From Gammaproteobacteria bacterium (GTDB taxonomy: Bacteria > Pseudomonadota > Gammaproteobacteria > Eutrophobiales > Eutrophobiaceae): 64,000 nt of DNA. Below, piece after piece: positions 49,833 to 59,224 of this stretch; the stretch's first letter is position 1, and each line of letters opens with the position of its first letter. The DNA lies in NCBI GenBank assembly GCA_965243205.1, contig CBDEUK010000001.1, forward strand, positions 1-64,000. Reading direction: 5' to 3'. The notes under the pieces were generated by a model, which saw only the letters and a program-made list of their open reading frames with translations, searched no databases and had not been told where the DNA came from. Made by a program: the position numbers and the translations under genes.

Positions 49833-52433
49833 TTATATAGCTCTAACGACTCTCGCGCTTGAGCTGTATTGCATGATGGCTGTGTTAGCAGCTTTTAATT
49901 GAGTCGGTGTATGGCACACAACAAATTGGTCGCCATAAGCTTCTTTCTCGCCTGTGAAATCGCCATTTGCATCGCGAGCGTCTTGCAGTTGACCCATTTG
50001 CCAAGGTTTCATCATGCGGAACCTAGTAGTGTTACGTTCGCCGATCACTAAGTAACGATCACCCATGTGCAAGCCAGGCGCGTTCGATTCAAAGATAGGT
50101 ACGCCTTTTACCTTACCCAATGAACCCATTTCATTTAGGCTGGTGCCAGCTCTCGCAAAGTTTGCTGAAAAATCTCGGGCTTGCTCGACCGCCGTTTTAT
50201 AGGTTTCACTCATGATGCCAAGATCAGCGTTGTAGTAACGTTGGTTTTTGATCATGGATTTACGCAAACCAAGTCGATACAACCATTTACTCCAGTGGTC
50301 TTTAACATCAACTCCACCTGGCAAATCAGTATCAAACGCATAAAGGTTAGTTGCGTATGAATAGCTAACAACGATAGCAGTGGCATTGGCAGGAGTTTGA
50401 ACAACTCCATCTTCGTTAACCACGCTTAGCTCACCTAAGTCATAATCAAGCAAGTAATAATTACCTGCAGCTTGCTCACCAGTACCGTCATACTCAGATA
50501 ACTGTGAACCGCCCACGCTTACCGTCACAGGATTAACCGTATTGCCAACTTGATTACCTTTAAGATCAAACTCACTGCGAGGACGAACAACAGGGAAGTT
50601 ATCAAGGAGAAAAACATTATTGGTGCCGTTAACGTCGCCGCCAATGGCTTCGTTGGTAACAGCAACCGCTTGAAACTCTAGACACGCTTTCAAAATTTCA
50701 TTCATGATGATGTCTTCGAGATCTTCACGAATAATACGGATTGCATTTAAAGCGTTCTCTTGAACGATATCCCAGTTATAAATACTGGCTGCGGTCAAAT
50801 AACGAAGTTCATCAGAAATCTTGAAAGATAACTTTTGAGGGATTGGACGCGCTTCTTCACTGGTTTGAATCATGCCGCTTCGTTTAATGCCCTGCCCTTC
50901 ATACTTGCGGACTTTTCCTTTGCCAGCAGCAGAGGTGTCGCGATAAGAATAAGGAAGGTTTGCAATCGCATTAAAAGGGTATGTGCCAATATTAACAAAC
51001 CTTAATGCGTTAAGATCGTATAAGGCTTCACGAATAACGGTACGTTCGAAAATAGCTGGCACATCAACATCTGGTGTTTGAGCTTGGCCTCCAGCCAATG
51101 CAACAGCCTCTTCATGCAGTCGACCTGCATTTTCGGCGTCATACATAGCGACAGAACCTTCAACAAGATTGCGAACTTCAGGAGAAACGTTATCCATATC
51201 GCGCGCGCTTAAGCCTAAACGCCGGTCTGTAGTTTCTTGTAGTTCACGAATCGCATTTGAATCATCAATACTGATATGAGTATTTCCGTGAGGGCCGTTA
51301 AAACCTCGGTCAGCCAACTGCTGTGTTACTGACAATTGATTAGCAATCTTTAATTGGCTCTCTGCAAATTTCTTGACTTGTTCCTCAGTCATATCAGCAG
51401 TAATAAGATCGCTATCATTTAGCATGGCTTGATTTTCTTCACTCAAAGAAGTGAAGGTATCCGACGCACTTAATGTGTCGCTAAACAATTGCACATTGGC
51501 GTCTAAACGTTCCTGAGCTTGATCAGCTTCTGCAGCGGCTCGATTACGTTCATCTTCCATGAGTTGAAGAACTTCTTCTTGAGACAGGCCAGTCGTAACA
51601 GATAGATTGATAGGCTGACTAGGGTCGACAGAGCCTTCATTGATTTGCTCGGCAAGCAATAAGGCTGACTCTTCGATTGAATCTGCTAACGCTTGTGCCT
51701 GAGCTTCTTCAGTAAAGCCACTGCATTTGTTGATGAACTGATCGCAAAGTTTCTTAATCAGATCCTCGGATAAACCTTTAGCCCGCAGATTCTCTGCCAG
51801 CTTTTTGCGAATAATTTCCCACATCTTAGTAATCTCCTCTGAGAGAGCAATTTTAAATTGAGGCGAAACAGCGTATTCATCACCTTCTTCAAACTCGAAG
51901 CCGATGTTTTCTGAAAGACCTACCTCATCAGGATTAATAGGATCTAAACGTTTGACGCGGGGACGTATCGTTAACGCTGCGCCAACCAGTAAAGTGCCTT
52001 TTTTATCTTCGGTTTCGGGGTCTTTGTAGTCGTTGATAAACTCGACAGAGAAATAACGGAAGCCTTTATTGTGAATGGCATCTACGCCCAGCGCAGTCCA
52101 TTCAATATCACCGAATAATTTATTTCCGCTTCGAATATGCAGCTTATTAATGAACCCAGCGGCACCGTGCATGTCGCTATGAGAGATATTGATCGCAATA
52201 CGCTGACCATAAACATCTTCATTAAAGTTCTTAACCATTTCGCGCAGCATCGCGCGATCGATTTTTAACTCGCCATAAAACGGATCATCGGGATAAGTAA
52301 AAACACGAGTCAACATCACAGTACTGGTCTTACTGCCTTCGGCAAGGTCAACACGATCGGTGTACAAACGAATTGCATCACCCGCATAGTCTTCGAGACA
52401 GATTACCACTTGTGCTAAATGTGACTTGGTCAC
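49833..52433 (-). CDS. Fused prohead protease/scaffold/major capsid protein
   Basis: Mu gpI-like H..AAG..IEWT..G..FRYFSVEF..GAALTIRP; acidic scaffold-like middle; capsid-like C-terminus; no other MCP candidate. Confidence 0.8.
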   Translation of the reverse strand: MTKSHLAQVVICLEDYAGDAIRLYTDRVDLAEGSKTSTVMLTRVFTYPDDPFYGELKIDRAMLREMVKNFNEDVYGQRIAINISHSDMHGAAGFINKLHIRSGNKLFGDIEWTALGVDAIHNKGFRYFSVEFINDYKDPETEDKKGTLLVGAALTIRPRVKRLDPINPDEVGLSENIGFEFEEGDEYAVSPQFKIALSEEITKMWEIIRKKLAENLRAKGLSEDLIKKLCDQFINKCSGFTEEAQAQALADSIEESALLLAEQINEGSVDPSQPINLSVTTGLSQEEVLQLMEDERNRAAAEADQAQERLDANVQLFSDTLSASDTFTSLSEENQAMLNDSDLITADMTEEQVKKFAESQLKIANQLSVTQQLADRGFNGPHGNTHISIDDSNAIRELQETTDRRLGLSARDMDNVSPEVRNLVEGSVAMYDAENAGRLHEEAVALAGGQAQTPDVDVPAIFERTVIREALYDLNALRFVNIGTYPFNAIANLPYSYRDTSAAGKGKVRKYEGQGIKRSGMIQTSEEARPIPQKLSFKISDELRYLTAASIYNWDIVQENALNAIRIIREDLEDIIMNEILKACLEFQAVAVTNEAIGGDVNGTNNVFLLDNFPVVRPRSEFDLKGNQVGNTVNPVTVSVGGSQLSEYDGTGEQAAGNYYLLDYDLGELSVVNEDGVVQTPANATAIVVSYSYATNLYAFDTDLPGGVDVKDHWSKWLYRLGLRKSMIKNQRYYNADLGIMSETYKTAVEQARDFSANFARAGTSLNEMGSLGKVKGVPIFESNAPGLHMGDRYLVIGERNTTRFRMMKPWQMGQLQDARDANGDFTGEKEAYGDQFVVCHTPTQLKAANTAIMQYSSSARVVRAI

Positions 52434-52448
52434 TTTTCATTTCTCCAA

Positions 52449-52516
52449 ACGCAAAAAAGCCGGAGCCTCTTTCGAGGATCCGGCTTTTCGCTTGAATACG
52501 TTATGCCTTAGTTCAG
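52449..52516 (-). repeat. Duplicated leader/terminator element, copy 2 (before capsid gene)
   Basis: Near-identical to 40355-40426. Confidence 0.88.
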
Positions 52517-52538
52517 ATTAAATAATTAGCTTATTTGA

Positions 52539-52769
52539 TTAAGAAGTCAAGGGTTCTATCTTAATCTGTAGAGCTTTCTTTATGCGAGACTTATACTTTT
52601 CACACATGCTTTCATAGCTCTCAAGAATTTCGTCCTCATCATCAATATTTATAAATACATGAAATATATTTTCTTGCGTTTGATTAGAAGGGTTATAATT
52701 AATCAGATAAGTCGCTCCGTTCTGAACGACCCAAAAGCTAACAACAACATTATATCCGTCTATATTCAT
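52539..52769 (-). CDS. Hypothetical protein
   Basis: ATGA overlap with the upstream zinc-finger gene at 52766-52769. Confidence 0.5.
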   Translation of the reverse strand: MNIDGYNVVVSFWVVQNGATYLINYNPSNQTQENIFHVFINIDDEDEILESYESMCEKYKSRIKKALQIKIEPLTS

Positions 52770-52957
52770 AATGGCTGATATTGTAATGGAACTGTCACCC
52801 ATTTAGTACAACGACATTTAGCATTAGCTTGTCCATCAGGGTTAATACGAATTACTCGGGACTTAACCACTATGCCGTCAAATAATTCCCTATCACAATA
52901 AGGGCAATTAACTTTTGGTCTTGGGCCTGACTCAATTAGATTATTCACCGTCGTCAT
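52766..52957 (-). CDS. Small zinc-finger protein (Mu Com-like)
   Basis: VNCPYCDRELF..AKCRCTKW; GGAGG upstream of ATG at 52957. Confidence 0.6.
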   Translation of the reverse strand: MTTVNNLIESGPRPKVNCPYCDRELFDGIVVKSRVIRINPDGQANAKCRCTKWVTVPLQYQPL

Positions 52958-53081
52958 CAACTTCCTCCAAATCACCTTCTACTTCACCAACTTCTTGCAA
53001 ATAAGCAAGCTCGGCGTTATCTCTTGTCAAACCAAACGCTTTCATGAGTTCGTTTATACGTTTTTCTTTTTCTTCGATCAT
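52941..53081 (-). CDS. 46-aa acidic protein, candidate MuF immunity protein
   Basis: MIEEKEKRINELMKAFGLTRDNAELAYLQEVGEVEGDLEEVDDDGE; ATGA overlap with the MuF stop; not in the ORF track. Confidence 0.55.
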   Translation of the reverse strand: MIEEKEKRINELMKAFGLTRDNAELAYLQEVGEVEGDLEEVDDDGE

Positions 53082-54829
53082 TTTAGCCATCCTTTTTTTA
53101 TAAAAAGCCTATCCATTGCATCGGCAATTGGTTGAAAATCATCTTCATCCCATTGGGTCATAATAGGGATAGGGCTGCGCTTTCTTGCGTCTATCTCAGC
53201 TTTTGTTTGTTCTAACAAAAACTCATCCCCTGAGCGAATTGCGATGTATTGAGAATAGCTCCGCGCCCATAATTCCTCGGTCTCCAAAAGATATTTTAAA
53301 TGCTTTTTAGGTACTGTTAAGCCATCAATTCTCCGAGGCCCCCGAAATAAACTAACTAGCCCTTTGATCGCTTTAGATTTCGCAACCGATTCTCTCCAGT
53401 CATTAAAATCGCTGTCATGCGTAGAAGAGAAGTCTTTTGACCCAAAAGCTTGATGATCAATAAAATGGCCTATCTCATGAACTAAAGTAAGCTCCTTATG
53501 TTCGCCGGAACTTCTTATTTCAATATCGATAGCTCTTCCATTCGTCATATATCGGTAACTACCAAAAGATTTACGTTTTCGAGATTTAACAATTTCAATA
53601 ACCGGTAAATCACCATCACCATGAACACTGTCAATAGCCTTAAGAACTCTGTCCGTTTCACGCTTAAAAGCCTTTGCCTGCAGTGCCCCAGAAACTGGAG
53701 CTCCAAGAGTCGCAAATGTTTTAGGTTGCGCCAAATCTAAAGGCACTGGTGCGACATTAAGATTATTAGTGTTAATGCCTTTTTTCTCAAAACGGACTTT
53801 TAAAATTTTCCACGGCGTGGTTATTTGATTTGTTTTAAGTAAACCAGCCTCAAGCGCTGCGCGTTTTTTTCTACCAAGTATTTGCTCTTGTGTAGTACCA
53901 GATTGCCGTTTTAACCAAGCAATAGGATCTTCTTTAGTTTTACGATCGATATCATCTACTTCGTCAGTAAAAACAACTTCGATAAAGCTTAAGGTATTCG
54001 GGTGAGCGGGATAAGGGTTTTTGCCTTTAGGGTAAACGCCATTACCTAAACCATAACGATTTATGTTCGCATGCATGTCACATATATCTGGACGTGGGTG
54101 TAAATGTGATAATAAAAAACGTGTGCCAGCTGTATCATCTAATTCAAACACTGACTCTTCATAGGCTTTGTTATGTGCTCGGTTTATTTCAGTACGAAAC
54201 ACACGCAAAACATTATTGTATGGATTACCCTCACCGGTCATTAATAGCTTGCCAACTTCATCAGCAATGCTTGAAGATTTAGCTTTTTTTAATTTTTGTT
54301 GAACATCAAAAGGAATAGACTCCCCGCGACTTAAAAAACTTTGCGCAGCTTCGCTAGCAGAGGTGCCTTGTATAACGGCAGATTGAATTGCCGTTCCAAT
54401 AATCTCTCGTGCATGATTATCAATACGCCATAAACGATCGGATAACTGTAAACCATCATCAGCAATAAAATTTTGCACAAATAAAACAGCGTCTTCAGCA
54501 ATGCCTCCAAGATCAACATTTATCGGCTCATCAATGACAGGCTCAACTCCTAACCTAGCCGCGGCAACCATCTTATCTGTTAAAAGTTCGTTACGTGAAA
54601 CGTATAACTGATTTAATCTGGAATTAACATTGTTAAGCAGCTGCTGCAGCTGCTCGCGTCGCACCGTATCACCGGCGGATTCAATTTGTTGTTTTATATC
54701 GTCGCGCGCCTGTTCATAAGAGCGAGCGAGTTCGTTGATAGTGTCAGAATCAAGTTGATCAATTTGATCTTGAGCAAATTGAGAAGCGCGTTTTATTTTT
54801 GCTTTTCTAGCTGTCGGCCCGCTTTCCAT
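53078..54829 (-). CDS. Head morphogenesis protein (MuF/SPP1 gp7-like) with C-terminal HExxH metallopeptidase-like domain
   Basis: LSDRLW, RVFRTEINRA, DICD, PAHPN; LVHEIGH..EELWARSY; start probably MESG at 54829. Confidence 0.8.
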   Translation of the reverse strand: MESGPTARKAKIKRASQFAQDQIDQLDSDTINELARSYEQARDDIKQQIESAGDTVRREQLQQLLNNVNSRLNQLYVSRNELLTDKMVAAARLGVEPVIDEPINVDLGGIAEDAVLFVQNFIADDGLQLSDRLWRIDNHAREIIGTAIQSAVIQGTSASEAAQSFLSRGESIPFDVQQKLKKAKSSSIADEVGKLLMTGEGNPYNNVLRVFRTEINRAHNKAYEESVFELDDTAGTRFLLSHLHPRPDICDMHANINRYGLGNGVYPKGKNPYPAHPNTLSFIEVVFTDEVDDIDRKTKEDPIAWLKRQSGTTQEQILGRKKRAALEAGLLKTNQITTPWKILKVRFEKKGINTNNLNVAPVPLDLAQPKTFATLGAPVSGALQAKAFKRETDRVLKAIDSVHGDGDLPVIEIVKSRKRKSFGSYRYMTNGRAIDIEIRSSGEHKELTLVHEIGHFIDHQAFGSKDFSSTHDSDFNDWRESVAKSKAIKGLVSLFRGPRRIDGLTVPKKHLKYLLETEELWARSYSQYIAIRSGDEFLLEQTKAEIDARKRSPIPIMTQWDEDDFQPIADAMDRLFIKKGWLK

Positions 54830-54857
54830 GAGCACAACAGCCGCATGACCGTACAAG

Positions 54858-55103
54858 CTAATGACTAAAGCTATTATTAGAAAACACGCAAAGCTCTTCA
54901 GCCATTTCAGGGTTTTCTGCAATTGACTTAAAAGTCTTGTCTATATTCAAAATAGATTCCTGTCTGTGCTTCCTAACCTCATTAAAGGCATCTAAAATTT
55001 CTTGTTTCATTTCAGGAATCATTAAATCAGGCTGTTCACTAAGGATACTTAAATATTGTGATAAAGCCTTTTCGCATATATTCAATGTTCTATCGGTTAT
55101 CAT
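54858..55103 (-). CDS. Phage hypothetical protein
   Basis: AGGAG RBS; between portal and MuF. Confidence 0.55.
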   Translation of the reverse strand: MITDRTLNICEKALSQYLSILSEQPDLMIPEMKQEILDAFNEVRKHRQESILNIDKTFKSIAENPEMAEELCVFSNNSFSH

Positions 55104-55111
55104 ATTAACTC

Positions 55112-56494
55112 CTATTTATTACTCACATCGGTCGCACTTTCTTTTTTCTTCGCGTTCCCTGGTGTTATTTTCACACTACGCGACCCAATTCCGTCTTCAT
55201 AAGTTGGGTAAGGATCTCCCCCTTCGAGCTCATCTGTCAAACGTTGCTTTTCTTTAGCTGGAACAAGTCCCATAGTTTCAAAAACAGTGGTTTTACTTGC
55301 GCCGCCCGCTTGCTGTTTCAAGGCTCTGTCGGTTGCCTGGTTAAGAGTTTCAGTAACTCGTTCGTTAAACTCAACTTTTACACCATGATTACGTGGATCA
55401 ATATTGTTTAACAACAACTCAAGCTCAAAACCTTCTTGATAAACTGCAGACAGCTCGTCTTGCATGGAATCCACTTCTTCAAAAAAATCACGTTTCATGT
55501 CTTCTAGTACATCACGCGAAATATTTTGCGCGTAACCAAACAAGGCCTTTGGAGCAGGCGCACCAGTAAAAAAAGTATCAACTAAATAAAGAACATCGTT
55601 TATCTGATCTAAGTTTTCATCGCCTTGTAATGCGCCTACAGCACCTTTTTTATTTAGAAAATAATCGAGATCAATAGCTTGAGTTTTTCTTCTCTGTTCG
55701 ACGTCGTTTTTGTAGGCTTCCAATTCTGCTTCAGTAGCTCCTTCAAGCACATGAACTTTTTGAGATGGAGCTCTGTCGTGTCTTCGAATAACTAAATCTT
55801 CATCCGTCAAAGTCATTTTCTTAAATATTGTCATTGCTGCATCGAGCATCGGTCTACCCATGCAACCTAAATCATCATAGTTATCTGGATCCAGCCTACC
55901 GTGAGATATTTGCCATAAAGGAAAAGAAGCTATCTTCTCGCTAGTCATAGCATCTAGTTGATGGTAAGCAGTTTGTATGTCTTTAAATATGCCATTCTCA
56001 CTCACATCAGGAATCATTGTTTCGCTGGGCATGCGCACCGCATTCCATATTTTATTATCTGCGCCTAAAACCCACTGCAAAAACAAATTGCCTTCCTTTA
56101 TGTAGCCACTAGCATCAGACATAAGTTTGGCTCTGTTACCAAGGCCTAGTCGATATGAAAAGTCATCCCAAATTTTTAATACTCGTTTATTATTGTCTTT
56201 AACGTTGCAACGTAATCCTGACTTTGTCATAACAGTACTAGTTTTTCTGTGAATCCGTTTGCAACGCGGATCCTTCCGGTCCATATCTCTAATAGACAAA
56301 ACAATATTACGAAAATTAGAATCGACCCAAAGGAGACGATATAAATACTGCATTCGATTTTCAGGATTTGGACGGTAACCAAGTTCGCCAGGTAAGTTAT
56401 TAACCTGGTTAGAAATCTTTGAGTCACTAATGGACTTATTACCAACTTTAAACAGCTCTCTTAACTGTCGAAATTGAGAAGAATAACTTTTCAT
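55112..56494 (-). CDS. Portal protein
   Basis: 460 aa after terL; EGNLFL, GRPMLD, EDLVIRR..RAP, PKALFG. Confidence 0.8.
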   Translation of the reverse strand: MKSYSSQFRQLRELFKVGNKSISDSKISNQVNNLPGELGYRPNPENRMQYLYRLLWVDSNFRNIVLSIRDMDRKDPRCKRIHRKTSTVMTKSGLRCNVKDNNKRVLKIWDDFSYRLGLGNRAKLMSDASGYIKEGNLFLQWVLGADNKIWNAVRMPSETMIPDVSENGIFKDIQTAYHQLDAMTSEKIASFPLWQISHGRLDPDNYDDLGCMGRPMLDAAMTIFKKMTLTDEDLVIRRHDRAPSQKVHVLEGATEAELEAYKNDVEQRRKTQAIDLDYFLNKKGAVGALQGDENLDQINDVLYLVDTFFTGAPAPKALFGYAQNISRDVLEDMKRDFFEEVDSMQDELSAVYQEGFELELLLNNIDPRNHGVKVEFNERVTETLNQATDRALKQQAGGASKTTVFETMGLVPAKEKQRLTDELEGGDPYPTYEDGIGSRSVKITPGNAKKKESATDVSNK

Positions 56495-56497
56495 AAC

Positions 56498-58096
56498 TTA
56501 CCCCGTACCGGCGTTTGGTAAAGCCGGTGTTTTTTCAATCATATTTTCTCGTGTAGTACTACTATTTAAGATCACAGTTTGAATTGTAGCAATACCACGA
56601 GTATATAAAGCCCAGTAAGCGACAATGAAGGCATCAAACAAATCATCGCCAACTTTTGAATTTACCATCTTATAACTTGCATAAGTTGCTTTTGTTTCTT
56701 CAGCTCTAATATTAGCCAATTGTCTAACCAATAACACTAACCCAGATAAAGCTGGATCGTTTGCATGAAAATCTTCAAAGTATGGAATCGCAATTTGTCT
56801 ATTACGGAATGCCTGGCTAGCAACAACTGCCATAGAATGTTTTTGCATACCTTGAAACTGCACAGGAGAAAAAGCCCACTCATTCCATGAACTAGCGGTG
56901 CTATTACCATCATTTATAGCTTGGCGATTGATGTTAATTAAATTTTCATTGAACAAAACATCATTAACATGCCCGATTAAACCTATGCCAAAGGCATCGC
57001 CCATACCGTAATCTGGATTAAAATATCGCCACAACTCAACCAAATCTCTTTCAATAACCGCCTCATCTGTACCAGGTGGCCATGTGCGCGCATAGATAAC
57101 ACAAGTAAAACTTCCTAGTTGCTCTAAAATAATAACGGCTGATTTAGATGACTCTGGTTTTTCACCATGCCCTGTATGGTCATAACCAATTGAAATAAGT
57201 CCTCGTTTTTTATACTTCACACCTGGCAATGGTTCTGCGAGCTGTATATCAGCCATTAAACCAGTCACCATTGCAATACGAATAAACTTCTCCCAAATTA
57301 AATTTCGTGATGTGACATTTTTACAAAGTAGCTGACGAATATATTCTTCTGAGGAAAGTTCTTTACGCATATCTTCCATAAAGTTTTTATGCAGTATCCC
57401 CATCTCTATACCAAGATGAACGTTAACTAATGGCAGCTGACGATATAAACCAGAATCAATTAAACCTTGCAAAGTATCAGCGCCTTTAAAAACGCCAGTA
57501 ATCCGAATTTGAGGCGGCTCATCGGCTGAGCTTTCAATAGCGCCTAATCTTCTTGTTGAGCCCAGCATTAAAAGGAAGCGCGAATACAAGCGATCGCTAG
57601 GCATGTCATCAACTTCTTCTAGTGATGCGCAAGTTAAATCGCCGCCATCCACATTAGCCATGATGCCGTAACAATGCGCACGCGACTGATTTGCAAACAT
57701 ATAGTATGTGTCTGCGATTTGCCTGCGTCCGCCTTTATGATCGATATAAGCCTCTAAAATCTGTGAGCGACGAATAGCATCCAAATGATAATCAAGGTTT
57801 ACCTTAGACTGGGCCTCGCGTGGAGCGACAATCCCTAATGACTGATCGGGCTGCGTTGAATTTTTCTTAAGACAGTACAGTTCTTTTATTGCTGTTTTAC
57901 CCGTCCGCCTACAAGAGTTATCCACGGTGTTAGGGCTTTCGTCCATTTCAATGCACTTAAGGATTTGCATGGGATCTAAGGTCACATTATGGACATACTT
58001 GTGCCACAAAGCATGATCGTGTTTATATTTTTGAACCTCGACTTCAGCAAGGTTACGCATTTCAATTCGTTTGGTACGTGAAATACGATTAGCCAT
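56498..58096 (-). CDS. Terminase large subunit
   Basis: CRRTGKT Walker A, LEEVDD Walker B, IGYD and GDDLFDA RNase H-type nuclease motifs. Confidence 0.85.
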   Translation of the reverse strand: MANRISRTKRIEMRNLAEVEVQKYKHDHALWHKYVHNVTLDPMQILKCIEMDESPNTVDNSCRRTGKTAIKELYCLKKNSTQPDQSLGIVAPREAQSKVNLDYHLDAIRRSQILEAYIDHKGGRRQIADTYYMFANQSRAHCYGIMANVDGGDLTCASLEEVDDMPSDRLYSRFLLMLGSTRRLGAIESSADEPPQIRITGVFKGADTLQGLIDSGLYRQLPLVNVHLGIEMGILHKNFMEDMRKELSSEEYIRQLLCKNVTSRNLIWEKFIRIAMVTGLMADIQLAEPLPGVKYKKRGLISIGYDHTGHGEKPESSKSAVIILEQLGSFTCVIYARTWPPGTDEAVIERDLVELWRYFNPDYGMGDAFGIGLIGHVNDVLFNENLININRQAINDGNSTASSWNEWAFSPVQFQGMQKHSMAVVASQAFRNRQIAIPYFEDFHANDPALSGLVLLVRQLANIRAEETKATYASYKMVNSKVGDDLFDAFIVAYWALYTRGIATIQTVILNSSTTRENMIEKTPALPNAGTG

Positions 58097-59042
58097 TCCC
58101 TTCGCTCTGCTCGTGCTCGATTAATATCGGGTCGTTATTTGTAGCTTCCTGGCTTTTTTTAATCAAAGCTTTCATGTCGTCCATAACGCCTAATGTTTTT
58201 TGACTAAAATCTTCTAATGATTCATTAGCGTTTGGTTTAGCTGCATCAAGAAAACCTTTCATAGCTTCTTGCTCATCCTGAACTTTTGGCGTCATTTCCA
58301 TATCCGCTAAAGTCATAGAGTTTTTATTAATAAAATCGATTAATGGTTTTAGTAGAGGGTGAGCTTTCTTTTCAGTTACTCTAACCATGCGCCCAAGGCC
58401 AGCATCGTAATATGAGACCAACTGAAAGCCTTCGTCCTTAACATAAGTCCATACAGGATCCTCTACTCGTGGCCCGCCATCCTGAGCAATGGTCAAAATC
58501 ATATCGTTTATTAAACCCTGAATAGCCGCTTGAGTATCAGCGCGCAATCCCATCAACATGCTAGGGTCTTTAGTGTCGAAAGCGATATGATGCTTCATGA
58601 ATAATTCGACTCGCTTCAAGCAGGCCACTTCTTGACTGCAAATACTCTCTCTTAATTCACAGCCATCACATTGAGGATATTTGCCAGGTCTGGCGGGAAA
58701 ATAGTCGGCAACCTTTGCATGCAACCCGTGCTTCATAGCATTGAAACGAGTAATCAGAGTTTCCTCTGGAGTAGGATGCCCTTCGAGATTAGCTGCTGAC
58801 GCCGCCTTGCCCGCTACAGTCTTAGGTCCGGTCGCGTGCGCATGAGCTTTTAAAAGGTTTTGATCCCAGTAAGCCTGTTCGCATTGCTCTTTGCATTGAG
58901 GACAATTCCCATAATAGAAATAAGGATGGTAATCCCGTTCGGGATATTCCTCGATAAGATCGGGCTTTTTCTTGAAACTAATTTTGCAGTCAGGACAATA
59001 AAAAGTTACCTGATTACGTACCGAAATGTTAGAATTATCCAT
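58089..59042 (-). CDS. Putative terminase small subunit (Cys-rich)
   Basis: Directly upstream of terL; TGPKT..GK..SA.N and NAMKHGL motifs; CxxC pairs. Confidence 0.65.
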   Translation of the reverse strand: MDNSNISVRNQVTFYCPDCKISFKKKPDLIEEYPERDYHPYFYYGNCPQCKEQCEQAYWDQNLLKAHAHATGPKTVAGKAASAANLEGHPTPEETLITRFNAMKHGLHAKVADYFPARPGKYPQCDGCELRESICSQEVACLKRVELFMKHHIAFDTKDPSMLMGLRADTQAAIQGLINDMILTIAQDGGPRVEDPVWTYVKDEGFQLVSYYDAGLGRMVRVTEKKAHPLLKPLIDFINKNSMTLADMEMTPKVQDEQEAMKGFLDAAKPNANESLEDFSQKTLGVMDDMKALIKKSQEATNNDPILIEHEQSEGNG

Positions 59043-59108
59043 ACCTTAGAGCAGGCGGATACAAATTAACCGGCAAAGGTATAACAATAGATTTTGTTCC
59101 TAGTGTGG

Positions 59109-59124
59109 CTGTCTTGGGGAGCCA
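59109..59124 (+). repeat. attR core CTGTCTTGGGGAGCCA (displaced tRNA-Asn 3' end)
   Basis: 15/16 match to 12720-12735; followed by a terminator; phage genes end here. Confidence 0.88.
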
Positions 59125-59128
59125 AATT

Positions 59129-59165
59129 AAAAAAGGGTTTCATAATGAAACCCTTTCTTGTTTTA
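59129..59165. terminator. Bidirectional intrinsic terminator (original tRNA-Asn terminator)
   Basis: AAAGGGTTTCAT-A-ATGAAACCCTTT with flanking A and T runs. Confidence 0.8.
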
Positions 59166-59224
59166 TAAACTCAGTATTTTTTAAAAATACCTGCTTTGAG
59201 ATTTACTAAAAGTGCTCTGCCTCC

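Larger units (their letters stand above)
12720..59124. mobile_element. Prophage (~46.4 kb) integrated in tRNA-Asn
   Basis: Flanking 16-bp direct repeats; recombinase, replication, switch, head, lysis and tail modules all present; no sheath or baseplate-wedge gene recognised. Confidence 0.93.

Noticed and set aside
54830-54922. Signal-peptide-like N-terminus on MuF in the ORF track
   Set aside because: Overlaps the upstream gene from a TTG start; MESG at 54829 is more plausible, though not proven
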